DNA of 10,297 nt from an uncultured bacterium (GCA_964514075.1 CAZEPH010000056.1:1-10297), one strand, 5' to 3'; shown: positions 1 through 7,129, numbered from the stretch's first letter. A program made the numbers and translations. The notes: generated by a model not told the origin, from the sequence alone.

Positions 1-1
1 G

Positions 2-676
2 AATGGCGCGGTGTCCCCGTTATCCGCGCCGTCGCCCTCGCGGATCGTGTCACTCGAACGCCCGGGTGCGGTGCAGAGCGAACTACGCCTCGGGCACACG
101 GCGCCGCCGCGCAATACGTCCGATTACTTCGCGCTCCTCATCATGAACACGATCCTCGGCGGCTGTTTCAACTCGCGTCTCATGCTCAACCTGCGCGAGA
201 GAAACGGCTACACGTACGGAGCCCACAGCCGTCTGGACTTGCGCAAGAGCGGCGGCTTCTTCACGGCCAGCGCGGCAGTGCAGTCGGAGTCGACGGGTCC
301 CGCGATCCACGAGTTCCTCACCGAGTTGACGCGCCTCGTCGAGGACGGCGTGACGGACGCGGAGCTGCAGTACGCACGCGACTACGTGGCCGGCGTGTTC
401 CCGCTGTCGTTCGAGACGACCGGGGACGTCGCGCACCAACTCCTCGCGACCGAGATCCACGACCTTCCCCCGGACTACTTGCCGACGTATCAGGAACGTG
501 TGCGGGCCGTCACGGCGGAGGAAGTGCTCCGTGTGGCGCGCGCGCACGTGCGTCCCGATGCGTTGACTATTTTCGTCCTGGGGGATCGGAGCGTCTTGGG
601 GCGCGAGTGGACCGAACGCTATCCGGTCGACGACGTGTCGCTCACGGACGAGGAGCCCGCTCCATCCACACGTTGA
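2..676 (+). CDS. M16-family (pitrilysin/insulinase-like) zinc peptidase, C-terminal non-catalytic domain; 5' partial, continues upstream of the window
   Basis: The ORF is open to the window edge in frame 2. The translation (GYTYGAHS...FETTGDVAHQLL...DLPPDYLPTYQERVRAVTAEEV) reads like a Peptidase_M16_C domain. GC3-rich codon usage matches the rest of the window. It stops with TGA at 674-676. Confidence 0.65.
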   Translation, partial: NGAVSPLSAPSPSRIVSLERPGAVQSELRLGHTAPPRNTSDYFALLIMNTILGGCFNSRLMLNLRERNGYTYGAHSRLDLRKSGGFFTASAAVQSESTGPAIHEFLTELTRLVEDGVTDAELQYARDYVAGVFPLSFETTGDVAHQLLATEIHDLPPDYLPTYQERVRAVTAEEVLRVARAHVRPDALTIFVLGDRSVLGREWTERYPVDDVSLTDEEPAPSTR

Positions 677-1325
677 GTCCGCGCACGTAGGGCAGATCGC
701 CCTCCTCGCCGGATTCCGGCAGGCGGATGCGCGCGGTCTCCACGATCTCCTCCCCGCGGATCGTGACACCCGCGACGCGACGCGCGGCGAAGACCGTGCG
801 CGCGTACTGCACGTCACGCGGCGTGATGGCGCCCTGCGGCTCGATGCGCCCGTCGCGGAACTCCGCGATGCGAATCGACAAGTACGCGCGTCCGTGCGGG
901 GCGAGTGTGCGCGCGACGGCGGGCAGCATCGCGTCCAGCGCGCCGATCTCGTGCATCGCGCGAAAGGAGACGACGACGTCGCAGTCGTCGGGGAGCCGCT
1001 CGCGCACCGCGTCGCCGGTGAGGAACGTCACGGGCGGTGCAGCGTTCTGCGGCGCCACGAGATCCAGGCCCGTCGCGCGCACGCGCGCGCCGTAATGGAG
1101 CACGAGCGCACGTAACATCCCCCCGTCGCCGCAGCCGATGTCGAGGACGTGCGCGACCGGTTGCCGCGTCAGCACGGCATCCACGAGCGCGTGCAGGGTC
1201 GTGCCTGCGTGCATGTTCTCGAGATAGGAGTCGTACAGCGCGACGTCGTTCTCGCGCTCCTTGAGTCCTGAGGCGTACAGTGCGCGCAGGTGAGCGAGGT
1301 ACTCCTCGCGACGCGGTGCGCTCAC
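642..1325 (-). CDS. Class I SAM-dependent methyltransferase
   Basis: The 227-aa ORF carries the Rossmann motif I VLDIGCGDGG, followed by acidic motif II (ATGLD) and post-I features. Its ATG start overlaps the thyX stop in an ATGA/TGA-type 4-nt overlap (1322-1325), which implies translational coupling. Confidence 0.75.
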   Translation of the reverse strand: MSAPRREEYLAHLRALYASGLKERENDVALYDSYLENMHAGTTLHALVDAVLTRQPVAHVLDIGCGDGGMLRALVLHYGARVRATGLDLVAPQNAAPPVTFLTGDAVRERLPDDCDVVVSFRAMHEIGALDAMLPAVARTLAPHGRAYLSIRIAEFRDGRIEPQGAITPRDVQYARTVFAARRVAGVTIRGEEIVETARIRLPESGEEGDLPYVRGLNVWMERAPRP

Positions 1326-2134
1326 ACCTTGCGGAACGGCGTGTCCGCCACCTCCGACCCGTCCGCGAGCGCGTGCAGCGTGTAGTCACCGAAGAGCGTG
1401 GGCGCCTCGCGCTGCAGGAGGCGCAGACACGCCACGGCGAGTTTGCGAATCTCCGCCTCCGCGTGTTCCGTGGCGCGCATCTCGATGAAGTGCCGCCACG
1501 CGCGTGCGTTCGCGGTCACGACGATCTTCGTTTCCGTGGCGTTCGGCAGAACGGAGCGCGCCGCTTGGCGGGCCATCTTGCGGCGCAGCGTCTTGTCGGG
1601 AATGTGCGTGAGCGCGTCGAAAATGCGCTGCGAGAGCTCGCGGTAGGCCGCGCGCGTCGGCTCCACCGCCGCCGTCCACAGCGCATGTTGCTGTGGGTCC
1701 GCGGCGACGTCGTCGGGTTCGATGAAGCGGCCCTCGGATTCGTCCACATAGCGCTGGCTGAGTTGCGAGTACGCGAAGCCCGCGCGGTGGCGAATGAGCT
1801 CGTGCGTGCACGTACGGCTCACCCCCCAGATGCGCAGCGTGAAGACCGCGTGTTCGAGCACGCTGCCGTGTCCCATCTCGAGGAGATGGCGCACGTACTC
1901 GGCGTTCGTCTTGCGCCCCTTGTTGAACGACATGTAGCAATGCCGCCCGGCGTACTCGACGAGTTTCTCCGCGGCCACGGACGTATCGGTGGACCACGTG
2001 ATGTCTGGATCGTCGACCCACTCCTGCCGCGCGACGAGACGCACCTCGGGTTCGCGGACGATCTGCAGCGGGTGAACGGGCGCCGGGGCGTCGGATGAAT
2101 CGTCGAGAGGCGGCGCGAGCGTGTCGTCGAGCAT
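1322..2134 (-). CDS. thyX: Flavin-dependent thymidylate synthase ThyX
   Basis: It has the diagnostic ThyX motif RHRxxxxxxxS (ELIRHRAGFAYSQLSQRY) plus conserved SRTCTHE and NARAWRHFIEMR segments. I prefer the ATG at 2134 (MLDDTL), which has GAGGA 4-5 nt upstream, over the TTG at 2200, which has no SD and would overlap the LysR gene. Confidence 0.85.
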   Translation of the reverse strand: MLDDTLAPPLDDSSDAPAPVHPLQIVREPEVRLVARQEWVDDPDITWSTDTSVAAEKLVEYAGRHCYMSFNKGRKTNAEYVRHLLEMGHGSVLEHAVFTLRIWGVSRTCTHELIRHRAGFAYSQLSQRYVDESEGRFIEPDDVAADPQQHALWTAAVEPTRAAYRELSQRIFDALTHIPDKTLRRKMARQAARSVLPNATETKIVVTANARAWRHFIEMRATEHAEAEIRKLAVACLRLLQREAPTLFGDYTLHALADGSEVADTPFRKV

Positions 2135-2174
2135 GGGATCCTCGGGGCGGAAGGACGTCGCTGAGAGCGGGAAG

Positions 2175-3125
2175 CTATCGCGTCGCAGAGGGACTCGCAA
2201 GGGCGGCGTCGCGAATGGCGACCACCGCCGGGTGCGTCAGCCGGCGTTCGAGCGAGATGGCGTAGTAGCGCTCGGTCGCGCCCGACACGCGGCCGACGAC
2301 GCGGACGCGATGCCGGCGCGCGATGTCCCGTTCGATGAGTGAGGGGGCCGCAAATGCGCCGACGCCCGCTTCGCCGAACGCTTTGATGAGCGCGCTGTCA
2401 TCGAACTCCCCGACGATCTCCGGCTCGATCATCTCGGAGTTGAGCCACGCGTTGATCGATCCGCGGAGAGAACTCGCCGCGCTTGGCAGCAGCAGTGGTG
2501 CGCCGTTCAGCGATCGCGGAAAGCGCCGGCGCAACCGCTGCGCCAAGACCGGCGCGGCGAAGAGTGTCACGCCGCATTCGACGAGGACGTGATGGTAGGC
2601 GCGCACCCGCAGCGTTGCGGGAACAGGTGCGTCCGTGAGCACGAGGTCGATGTCGTGCGCGGCGAGGCCGCTCACCAGTCGCCGCGACGTGCCCTCCCGC
2701 ACGGTCAAATGCACCGGGCGAGCGATGCGCAGCGCCGGCATGAGCAGGCGGTGGGCGATCGACTTGGGGACCACGTCCGCGACTCCGACCGCGAGTGACA
2801 GCCGGGACGCGGCGTTCGTGTCGGAGAGCGCCTCGAGCAACTCCGCGCCCGCGGCGAAGATTCGTTCCGCGTACGCGAACGCGATGCGCCCGTGGTCGGT
2901 GAGGACGAGGCGTTTTCCACGCCGCTCGAAGAGCGCGAGGCCGAGCACCTGCTCGAGGCGGCGAATCTGCGCGCTCACGGTCGGCTGCGAGAGCCCCAGA
3001 CGATCGCTCGCCTTGGCCACAGTGCCATCGCGGGCGGTCAGCCAGAAATACAGGAGGTGATGGTAGTTCAGCGCGCGGACGCGGCGATCGATCGTACTGA
3101 GAGAAATCCTCATAAGGATGCTCAT
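2175..3125 (-). CDS. LysR-family transcriptional regulator, NhaR-like subfamily
   Basis: The N-terminal wHTH is NYHHLLYFWLTARDGTVAKASDRLGLSQPTVSAQIRRLE. The C-terminal co-inducer domain has EIVGEFDDSALIKAFGEAG, RYYAISLERRLTHPAVVAI and a terminal SPSATR. Each closely parallels E. coli NhaR (NYNHLYYFW; EILGEFDDAALMKAFGA; EYHAIFAERMIQHPAVQRI; SPAVR). An alternative start is the ATG at 3113. Confidence 0.85.
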   Translation of the reverse strand: MSILMRISLSTIDRRVRALNYHHLLYFWLTARDGTVAKASDRLGLSQPTVSAQIRRLEQVLGLALFERRGKRLVLTDHGRIAFAYAERIFAAGAELLEALSDTNAASRLSLAVGVADVVPKSIAHRLLMPALRIARPVHLTVREGTSRRLVSGLAAHDIDLVLTDAPVPATLRVRAYHHVLVECGVTLFAAPVLAQRLRRRFPRSLNGAPLLLPSAASSLRGSINAWLNSEMIEPEIVGEFDDSALIKAFGEAGVGAFAAPSLIERDIARRHRVRVVGRVSGATERYYAISLERRLTHPAVVAIRDAALASPSATR

Positions 3126-3217
3126 ATTATCTTATGTTTTCTTGAACGCCAGCCTCCGATGATCTGTCTCGACGGACGCCGCAAGGGGCGGCGCAGTCGC
3201 CGAATCAGGAGGACAGC
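3105..3217. promoter_or_regulatory. Divergent promoter/operator region between the LysR regulator and hpf, with an AT-rich island
   Basis: A 40-bp stretch (cataaggatgctcatattatcttatgttttcttgaa) is far more AT-rich than the ~70% GC background. It contains TTGAAC at 3142-3147. There is a consensus AGGAGG SD at 3205-3210, 8 nt before the hpf ATG. LysR regulators classically bind such divergent regions. Confidence 0.35.
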
Positions 3218-3559
3218 ATGCACGTCAACATCCGCGGAGCCGGTCGCGCTGTGTCGAAGGACATTCGTGAGTACATCGATCGGCGGTTGTCGTTCGCCTT
3301 GTCCCGTTTCTCGAACCGGGTTCATCGAGTGGCCGTGTACGTCGGGGACCTGAACGGCCCGAAAGGGGGACAGGACCAATGGTGTCACATCGTGGCGCGG
3401 TTGCACACGGGCACGCCGCTGGTGATCGTCGACCGCGACGCGCAGGTGACGACGTTGATCGACCGGGCGGCGGATCGCCTGGGACACGCGGTGTCGCGGC
3501 GCATCACGCGCTTGCGGGACGTGGGCCGGCACGCGGTGGTGATGGAGGGCGCGCGATAG
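3218..3559 (+). CDS. hpf: Ribosome hibernation promoting factor / ribosome-associated inhibitor (short HPF/RaiA/YfiA family, sigma-54 modulation protein fold)
   Basis: The 113-aa protein has the family signature: MxxNIxG..xx(I/V)xxxIR-Y-xx-Lxxxxxrf.....VxVxV at the N-terminus, and D....lidraadrL..q-srr..klrd at the C-terminus. It is preceded by a strong AGGAGG RBS. Confidence 0.7.
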   Translation: MHVNIRGAGRAVSKDIREYIDRRLSFALSRFSNRVHRVAVYVGDLNGPKGGQDQWCHIVARLHTGTPLVIVDRDAQVTTLIDRAADRLGHAVSRRITRLRDVGRHAVVMEGAR

Positions 3560-3580
3560 CGACGACCGTCTCGTCGGCGC
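3560..3580. terminator. Weak hairpin (CGACGA-ccgtc-TCGTCG) in the 34-nt gap between the convergent hpf and SDR genes
   Basis: A 6-bp inverted repeat at 3560-3565 / 3571-3576, followed by GC-rich sequence and gcgcttt. It is marginal. Confidence 0.2.
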
Positions 3581-3593
3581 CGCCGCCTGCGCT

Positions 3594-4379
3594 TTAGGGG
3601 GGAAGCCGTGCGACCAGGCGGTCGCACAGTGGCGGCGCCAGTTTGTTGAGCCATACGATCAGTCGTCCACCGCGGGACACGACGTCCTCTCGTGTCCCGC
3701 GTTCGGTGTCGCGGACGATGCGCGTCGCGACGTCCGAGGGCCGCGCCATCGTGGCGCGTCCGCCGGGGCCGTGTTCGGCGGGGAAGCCGGCGTTCACGAA
3801 GAAGTCGGTGTCCGTGCGTCCCGGACAGACGAGGATGACGCGCACACCGGAGTCCGCGAGTTCCACGCGCCAGCTTTCCGCGAGACCGGCGAGCGCAAAC
3901 TTCGTCGCGCAGTACACCGAGGCGTGCGGAAAGCCGCGGCGTCCGGCGACCGATGACACGAGCACGATGCACCCGCGGGCGCGCTCTAGGTGCGGCAGCG
4001 CCACGCGCGTGAGGCGGATCGGGGCGAGAAGGTTGGTTTCGACGAGACGCACGGCGTCCGCGTCCGTCGTGGAGGCGATGTCGCGCTTGAGCCCGACCCC
4101 GGCGTTGTGCACGAGAACGTCGAGGCGTCCGTAGCGGTCCACGGCCTGCGCGACGCACGTCTCCGCGGCGGACGGGTCACGGAGGTCCGCGCAAACGGCG
4201 TGCGCACGACCTCCGCCGGACGTGACCCCGCGCACGAGAGCGTCCAGCGCGTCACCGCGCCGCGCCACGCACACGACCGCCGCGCCGCGCGCGGCCCACG
4301 CCTCCGCCGTTGCACGGCCGATCCCGCTGGATGCGCCCGTCACCATCACCACGCTGTCCGCCCACAGAGAGTGCGCCAT
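3594..4379 (-). CDS. Short-chain dehydrogenase/reductase (classical SDR, NAD(P)-dependent oxidoreductase)
   Basis: The start is the ATG at 4379 (MAHSLWADSVVMVTGASSGIGRATA), giving TGxxxGxG at residues 14-21. It also has NAG (VHNAGVG), the catalytic S...YxxxK (SVYCATK) and a PG motif (VCPGRTDT). GGAGGAGG lies 6-7 nt upstream of the ATG. The 165 codons upstream of this ATG in the 3594..4874 ORF are low-complexity, run antisense to the SPFH gene and are rejected. Confidence 0.85.
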   Translation of the reverse strand: MAHSLWADSVVMVTGASSGIGRATAEAWAARGAAVVCVARRGDALDALVRGVTSGGGRAHAVCADLRDPSAAETCVAQAVDRYGRLDVLVHNAGVGLKRDIASTTDADAVRLVETNLLAPIRLTRVALPHLERARGCIVLVSSVAGRRGFPHASVYCATKFALAGLAESWRVELADSGVRVILVCPGRTDTDFFVNAGFPAEHGPGGRATMARPSDVATRIVRDTERGTREDVVSRGGRLIVWLNKLAPPLCDRLVARLPP

Positions 4380-4422
4380 TCCGTTCCTCCTCCCGGCCGG
4401 CCCGCATCCTACCGCATGTCTC

Positions 4423-4462
4423 TTGACAGGGGGTGCGATCATAATGATATCATTGCGATATC
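4423..4462 (+). promoter_or_regulatory. Putative sigma70-type promoter (TTGACA -35) with an overlapping perfect 12-bp palindrome AATGATATCATT (candidate operator) upstream of the SPFH-RHH-sigma operon
   Basis: TTGACA lies at 4423-4428. The AT-rich -10 candidates are cataat (4440-4445) and tatcat (4448-4453). AATGATATCATT at 4443-4454 is its own reverse complement. It is embedded in a 22-bp imperfect dyad ATCATAATGATATCATTGCGAT (4438-4459) and flanked by GCGATC / GCGATATC. A very strong RBS AAAGGAGGA (4467-4475) precedes the ATG at 4480. Confidence 0.4.
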
Positions 4463-4479
4463 TAAGAAAGGAGGATTCC

Positions 4480-5349
4480 ATGAACAAGGAATTCATTCGT
4501 GGTGCGGTGGCCGGCGGCGTCGCGTTCGTTGCGCTGCTGGCGATTGTGGTGCTGACGATCGTGGCGTTCGTGCACGGCGTGCGCGAGCACCACCTCCCGA
4601 CGATTCTCGGCGCGGTCGTGATCTTCACGCTGACGCTCGTGTGTGCGAACGGTTTCATCGTCGTGAACCCGAACGAGGGGCACGTCGTGCAGCTGTTCGG
4701 CACGTACACCGGAACGCTCAAGACTCCGGGCATCTGGTTCGTCAACCCGCTCTCGACGCATCGCCGCGTGTCGTTGCGCGTGCGCAACTTCGAGACGCCG
4801 AAGCTGAAAGTGAACGACCACGACGGCAACCCAATCGAAATCGCCGCCGTCGTTGTGTGGAAGGTGGTCGACACCGCGGAGGCCGTGTTCGAGGTCGACA
4901 GCTACGAGAACTTCGTGAACGTGCAGAGCGAGTCGGCGCTGCGGAACCTGGCCACGCTGCATCCGTACGACGCGCACGAAGACGGCCAGATGGCGCTGCG
5001 CAGTCATCCGCAGGAAACGGCGGAGCGACTTCGGGGCGAAATCCAGGACCGTCTGACCAAGGCGGGCGTGGAAGTAATCGAAGCACGCATCAGCCACCTC
5101 GCCTACGCGCAGGAAATCGCGAGCGTGATGCTGCAGCGGCAAGCGGCGAGTGCGATCATCGCCGCGCGCTCGCGCATCGTCGACGGCGCGGTGGGCATGG
5201 TGGAGATGGCGCTCGCGAAGCTCTCCGAGCGCAACGTCGTGCAGCTGGATGACGAACGGCGCGCGGCGATGGTGAGCAACTTGCTCGTCGTGCTGTGCAG
5301 CGACAAGCACGCGCAGCCCGTCGTGAACACCGGAACGTTGTACTCCTAG
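4480..5349 (+). CDS. SPFH/band-7 (stomatin/prohibitin/flotillin-like) membrane protein
   Basis: The 289-aa protein has an N-terminal hydrophobic anchor ([20 protein letters not shown] ... [16 protein letters not shown]). An SPFH core follows ([34 protein letters not shown]...[13 protein letters not shown]), then a C-terminal Ala/Gln-rich coiled-coil-like segment. The strong RBS supports the start at 4480. The in-frame 4222-4479 part of the ORF-track entry is rejected as 5' over-extension. Confidence 0.85.
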   Translation: MNKEFIRGAVAGGVAFVALLAIVVLTIVAFVHGVREHHLPTILGAVVIFTLTLVCANGFIVVNPNEGHVVQLFGTYTGTLKTPGIWFVNPLSTHRRVSLRVRNFETPKLKVNDHDGNPIEIAAVVVWKVVDTAEAVFEVDSYENFVNVQSESALRNLATLHPYDAHEDGQMALRSHPQETAERLRGEIQDRLTKAGVEVIEARISHLAYAQEIASVMLQRQAASAIIAARSRIVDGAVGMVEMALAKLSERNVVQLDDERRAAMVSNLLVVLCSDKHAQPVVNTGTLYS

Positions 5350-5359
5350 GAGCGGCATC

Positions 5360-5551
5360 GTGGCCGAACGAAAGCCATTTCTCCTGCGGCTCGATCCGGC
5401 TACGCTCGATGCATTGCAGCGCTGGGCGGCGGATGATCTCCGCAGCCTGAACGGGCAGATCGAGTTCGTGCTGCGGCGCGCGCTGGCGGATGCCGGCCGC
5501 GCGCCGCGCGGAGGAAAGGGTGACGGACGGAGGGAATCGCCACGTCGGTGA
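5360..5551 (+). CDS. Ribbon-helix-helix (Arc/MetJ/CopG-like) DNA-binding protein, 63 aa
   Basis: KPFLLRLDPATLDALQRWAADDLRSLNGQIEFVLRRAL fits the beta-strand/helix A/helix B pattern of Arc-like RHH proteins, followed by a basic disordered tail. The GTG start at 5360 has TAGGAG 8 nt upstream and lies 10 nt after the SPFH stop. Its TGA stop overlaps the GTG start of the ECF sigma gene (GTGA, 5548-5551). Confidence 0.6.
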   Translation: MAERKPFLLRLDPATLDALQRWAADDLRSLNGQIEFVLRRALADAGRAPRGGKGDGRRESPRR

Positions 5552-6195
5552 TCGGTAGGTTCCGGCGCACGGAGGTCGAGCACCTCGACCGCGAAGACGC
5601 CGAGATCGTCCGCCGCACTCTCGCCGGTGACCTGCGTGCATTCGACGCCCTCGTGCACCGACACCACGCGGACCTGCTGCGTGCCCTGCGCACGATCACC
5701 CGAAACCTCGAAGATGCCGAAGATGCGGCCCAGGACGCGTTCGTGCGCGCGTTCCAGGCGCTAGACCGGTTCGACCAGGAGCGCCCGTTTCGCCCGTGGC
5801 TGTGGACGATTGGGATCCGGCTTGCCCTGCACCGCATCGCGCGGAAGGAGACGAAGAACGTATCGCTCGAAGATGCGCGGCCTGGCGCCGAAGGAATCGC
5901 GCGCGACGATCGCGCGCACATGGCCGACGCGACGGGTGTGCAGCATCTTGACGAAACGTTGCTCCGGCGCGATCTGGACCGCGCGATGGACCGGCTCGAC
6001 GCGCATCATCGTGCGGTGCTGCAGTTGTGCGTGATCGAGCAGAAGACATATGAAGAAGCCGCGGAGATCCTCGAGGTGCCGAAAGGGACCATCATGTCGC
6101 GATTGAGCCGCGCGCGGCTGCGCCTGCGCGAGTTCTTGTGCGACGTCCCTGCACCCATCGAGGCCGCTGGAGGCGACGATGACCGAGCGATGTGA
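5548..6195 (+). CDS. ECF (group 4) sigma-70 family RNA polymerase sigma factor
   Basis: Region 2 (LRAFDALVHRHHADLLRALRTITRNLEDAEDAAQDAFVRAFQALDRFDQERPFRPWLWTIGIRLALHRIRK) and region 4 (RAVLQLCVIEQKTYEEAAEILEVPKGTIMSRLSRARLRLREFL) are both clear. It is 215 aa, with a GTG start coupled to the upstream RHH gene. Confidence 0.85.
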   Translation: MIGRFRRTEVEHLDREDAEIVRRTLAGDLRAFDALVHRHHADLLRALRTITRNLEDAEDAAQDAFVRAFQALDRFDQERPFRPWLWTIGIRLALHRIARKETKNVSLEDARPGAEGIARDDRAHMADATGVQHLDETLLRRDLDRAMDRLDAHHRAVLQLCVIEQKTYEEAAEILEVPKGTIMSRLSRARLRLREFLCDVPAPIEAAGGDDDRAM

Positions 6196-7129
6196 CGACG
6201 TCCTCTGGCAGCTGAGCCCGTACATCGATGGCGCGCTCTCGCCGGACGAAATGCAGGGCATCACACGCCACGTGGCCACGTGCACCTCGTGCGCGCGCGC
6301 GCTCGAGGAACTGAAGAGCGCGGATCGTCTGGTCGTGGACGAGTACGGGCGCGCGGTGGCGGGGGAGCGCGAGCAAGCGAACCGCGCGCGCACGCTACAG
6401 GCGCTGCACGCCGCGGGCGCGCCCGCGTGGGCGAAGCCCCGCCGCGCGCGCGCTCCGCTGTGGCGGTGGGCGGGTGTGCTCGTGCCTGTTGCGGCCGCGG
6501 TCGTGATCGTGCTGCGCGTGCAGCCGTGGTCGGAGGGAACGCGCGAGGTGCTGCGCACCGCGACCGACGCCACGCCGTTGCCGGAGACAACCGCGGCAGC
6601 GCCGGGGCCGGCCGGGACGACCGAGACCGCGCGCGTGACAACTCGATCTGCCCCTCCGGCGGTTGGAATGCCCGTGCCGGTGCACGACGAGGAGTTTCCC
6701 GCGGCAGCGACGCCGGCCGAGCAGCAGGCACTTCCCGAGACACAGGCACACGTGAGCGACGCGCCCGAACGAGTCGTTGAATGGCGCGACGGCCGCGCGG
6801 ATTCGGCAGGCGGGAAGTCGCTCTCGCTTCGCGGTGGGCGCGCGGAGGAGAGCGTGCACCTGACCACTCCCGTCGCGGCCGCTCCACGCGCGAAGGAAAC
6901 AGCCGATGCGCTCGCGGGGGACGCATCGGCAGCCGCAGAGTACCGGATCCGCGGCGACGATCTGTTTGCGCGTGCCGTCCGTACGACCAACGCGAGTGAG
7001 GCGCGTCGCACGTATCGTGAAGCTGCCGACATGTATCTTCTCGCGCTGCGGACGGACTCGAGTGCCGCGCAGGTCGATACGGCTCGCCTGTTCAACGCGC
7101 TGCGTCTCAGCACCACGCCGCCGCCGTAG
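6179..7129 (+). CDS. Membrane-spanning zinc-finger (ZAS-type) anti-sigma factor with an extracytoplasmic C-terminal region
   Basis: The N-terminus carries a complete ZAS signature, C5-x25-H31-x3-C35-x2-C38 (ERC...HVATCTSCARAL). There is a single TM helix (WRWAGVLVPVAAAVVIVL), then an Ala/Pro/Thr-rich linker and a ~90-aa helical C-terminal module. The start overlaps the 3' end of the sigma gene by 17 nt, which is the classic sigma/anti-sigma arrangement. Confidence 0.75.
   Translation: MTERCDDVLWQLSPYIDGALSPDEMQGITRHVATCTSCARALEELKSADRLVVDEYGRAVAGEREQANRARTLQALHAAGAPAWAKPRRARAPLWRWAGVLVPVAAAVVIVLRVQPWSEGTREVLRTATDATPLPETTAAAPGPAGTTETARVTTRSAPPAVGMPVPVHDEEFPAAATPAEQQALPETQAHVSDAPERVVEWRDGRADSAGGKSLSLRGGRAEESVHLTTPVAAAPRAKETADALAGDASAAAEYRIRGDDLFARAVRTTNASEARRTYREAADMYLLALRTDSSAAQVDTARLFNALRLSTTPPP

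Noticed and set aside
1280-2098. Plus-strand 272-aa ORF and the minus-strand 814..1389 / 1386..2021 ORFs overlapping thyX and the methyltransferase
   Set aside because: They are antisense or alternate-frame shadows: Arg-rich with no motifs. thyX and the methyltransferase carry diagnostic motifs.
2200-2200. TTG at 2200 as the thyX start (292-aa version)
   Set aside because: It is a rare TTG start with no SD and would overlap the LysR 3' end by 26 nt. The ATG at 2134 has GAGGA upstream and gives a typical ThyX length (270 aa).
3385-4158. Minus-strand 257-aa ORF and plus-strand 3643..4134 ORF over the hpf and SDR region
   Set aside because: Arg-rich shadow ORFs. They overlap the hpf and SDR genes, which have family signatures.
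4380-4874. N-terminal 165-codon extension of the 3594..4874 ORF upstream of the SDR ATG
   Set aside because: The sequence upstream of MAHSLW is Thr/Ser-rich low complexity and runs antisense through the SPFH gene and its promoter. The ATG at 4379 has a perfect GGAGGAGG SD and puts the TGxxxGxG motif at the canonical position.
5200-5360. GGAAC at 5331-5335 as a possible internal ECF promoter ahead of the RHH gene
   Set aside because: No CGTC-type -10 at the appropriate spacing. The gap to the GTG start is too short for a normal leader. The match is most likely chance.
4462-5667. 401-aa minus-strand ORF, and the 3990..5252 plus-strand 420-aa ORF, overlapping the SPFH and SDR genes
   Set aside because: Extremely Arg/Gly/His-rich low-complexity translations. 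They are out of frame or antisense to genes with strong RBS and domain signatures.
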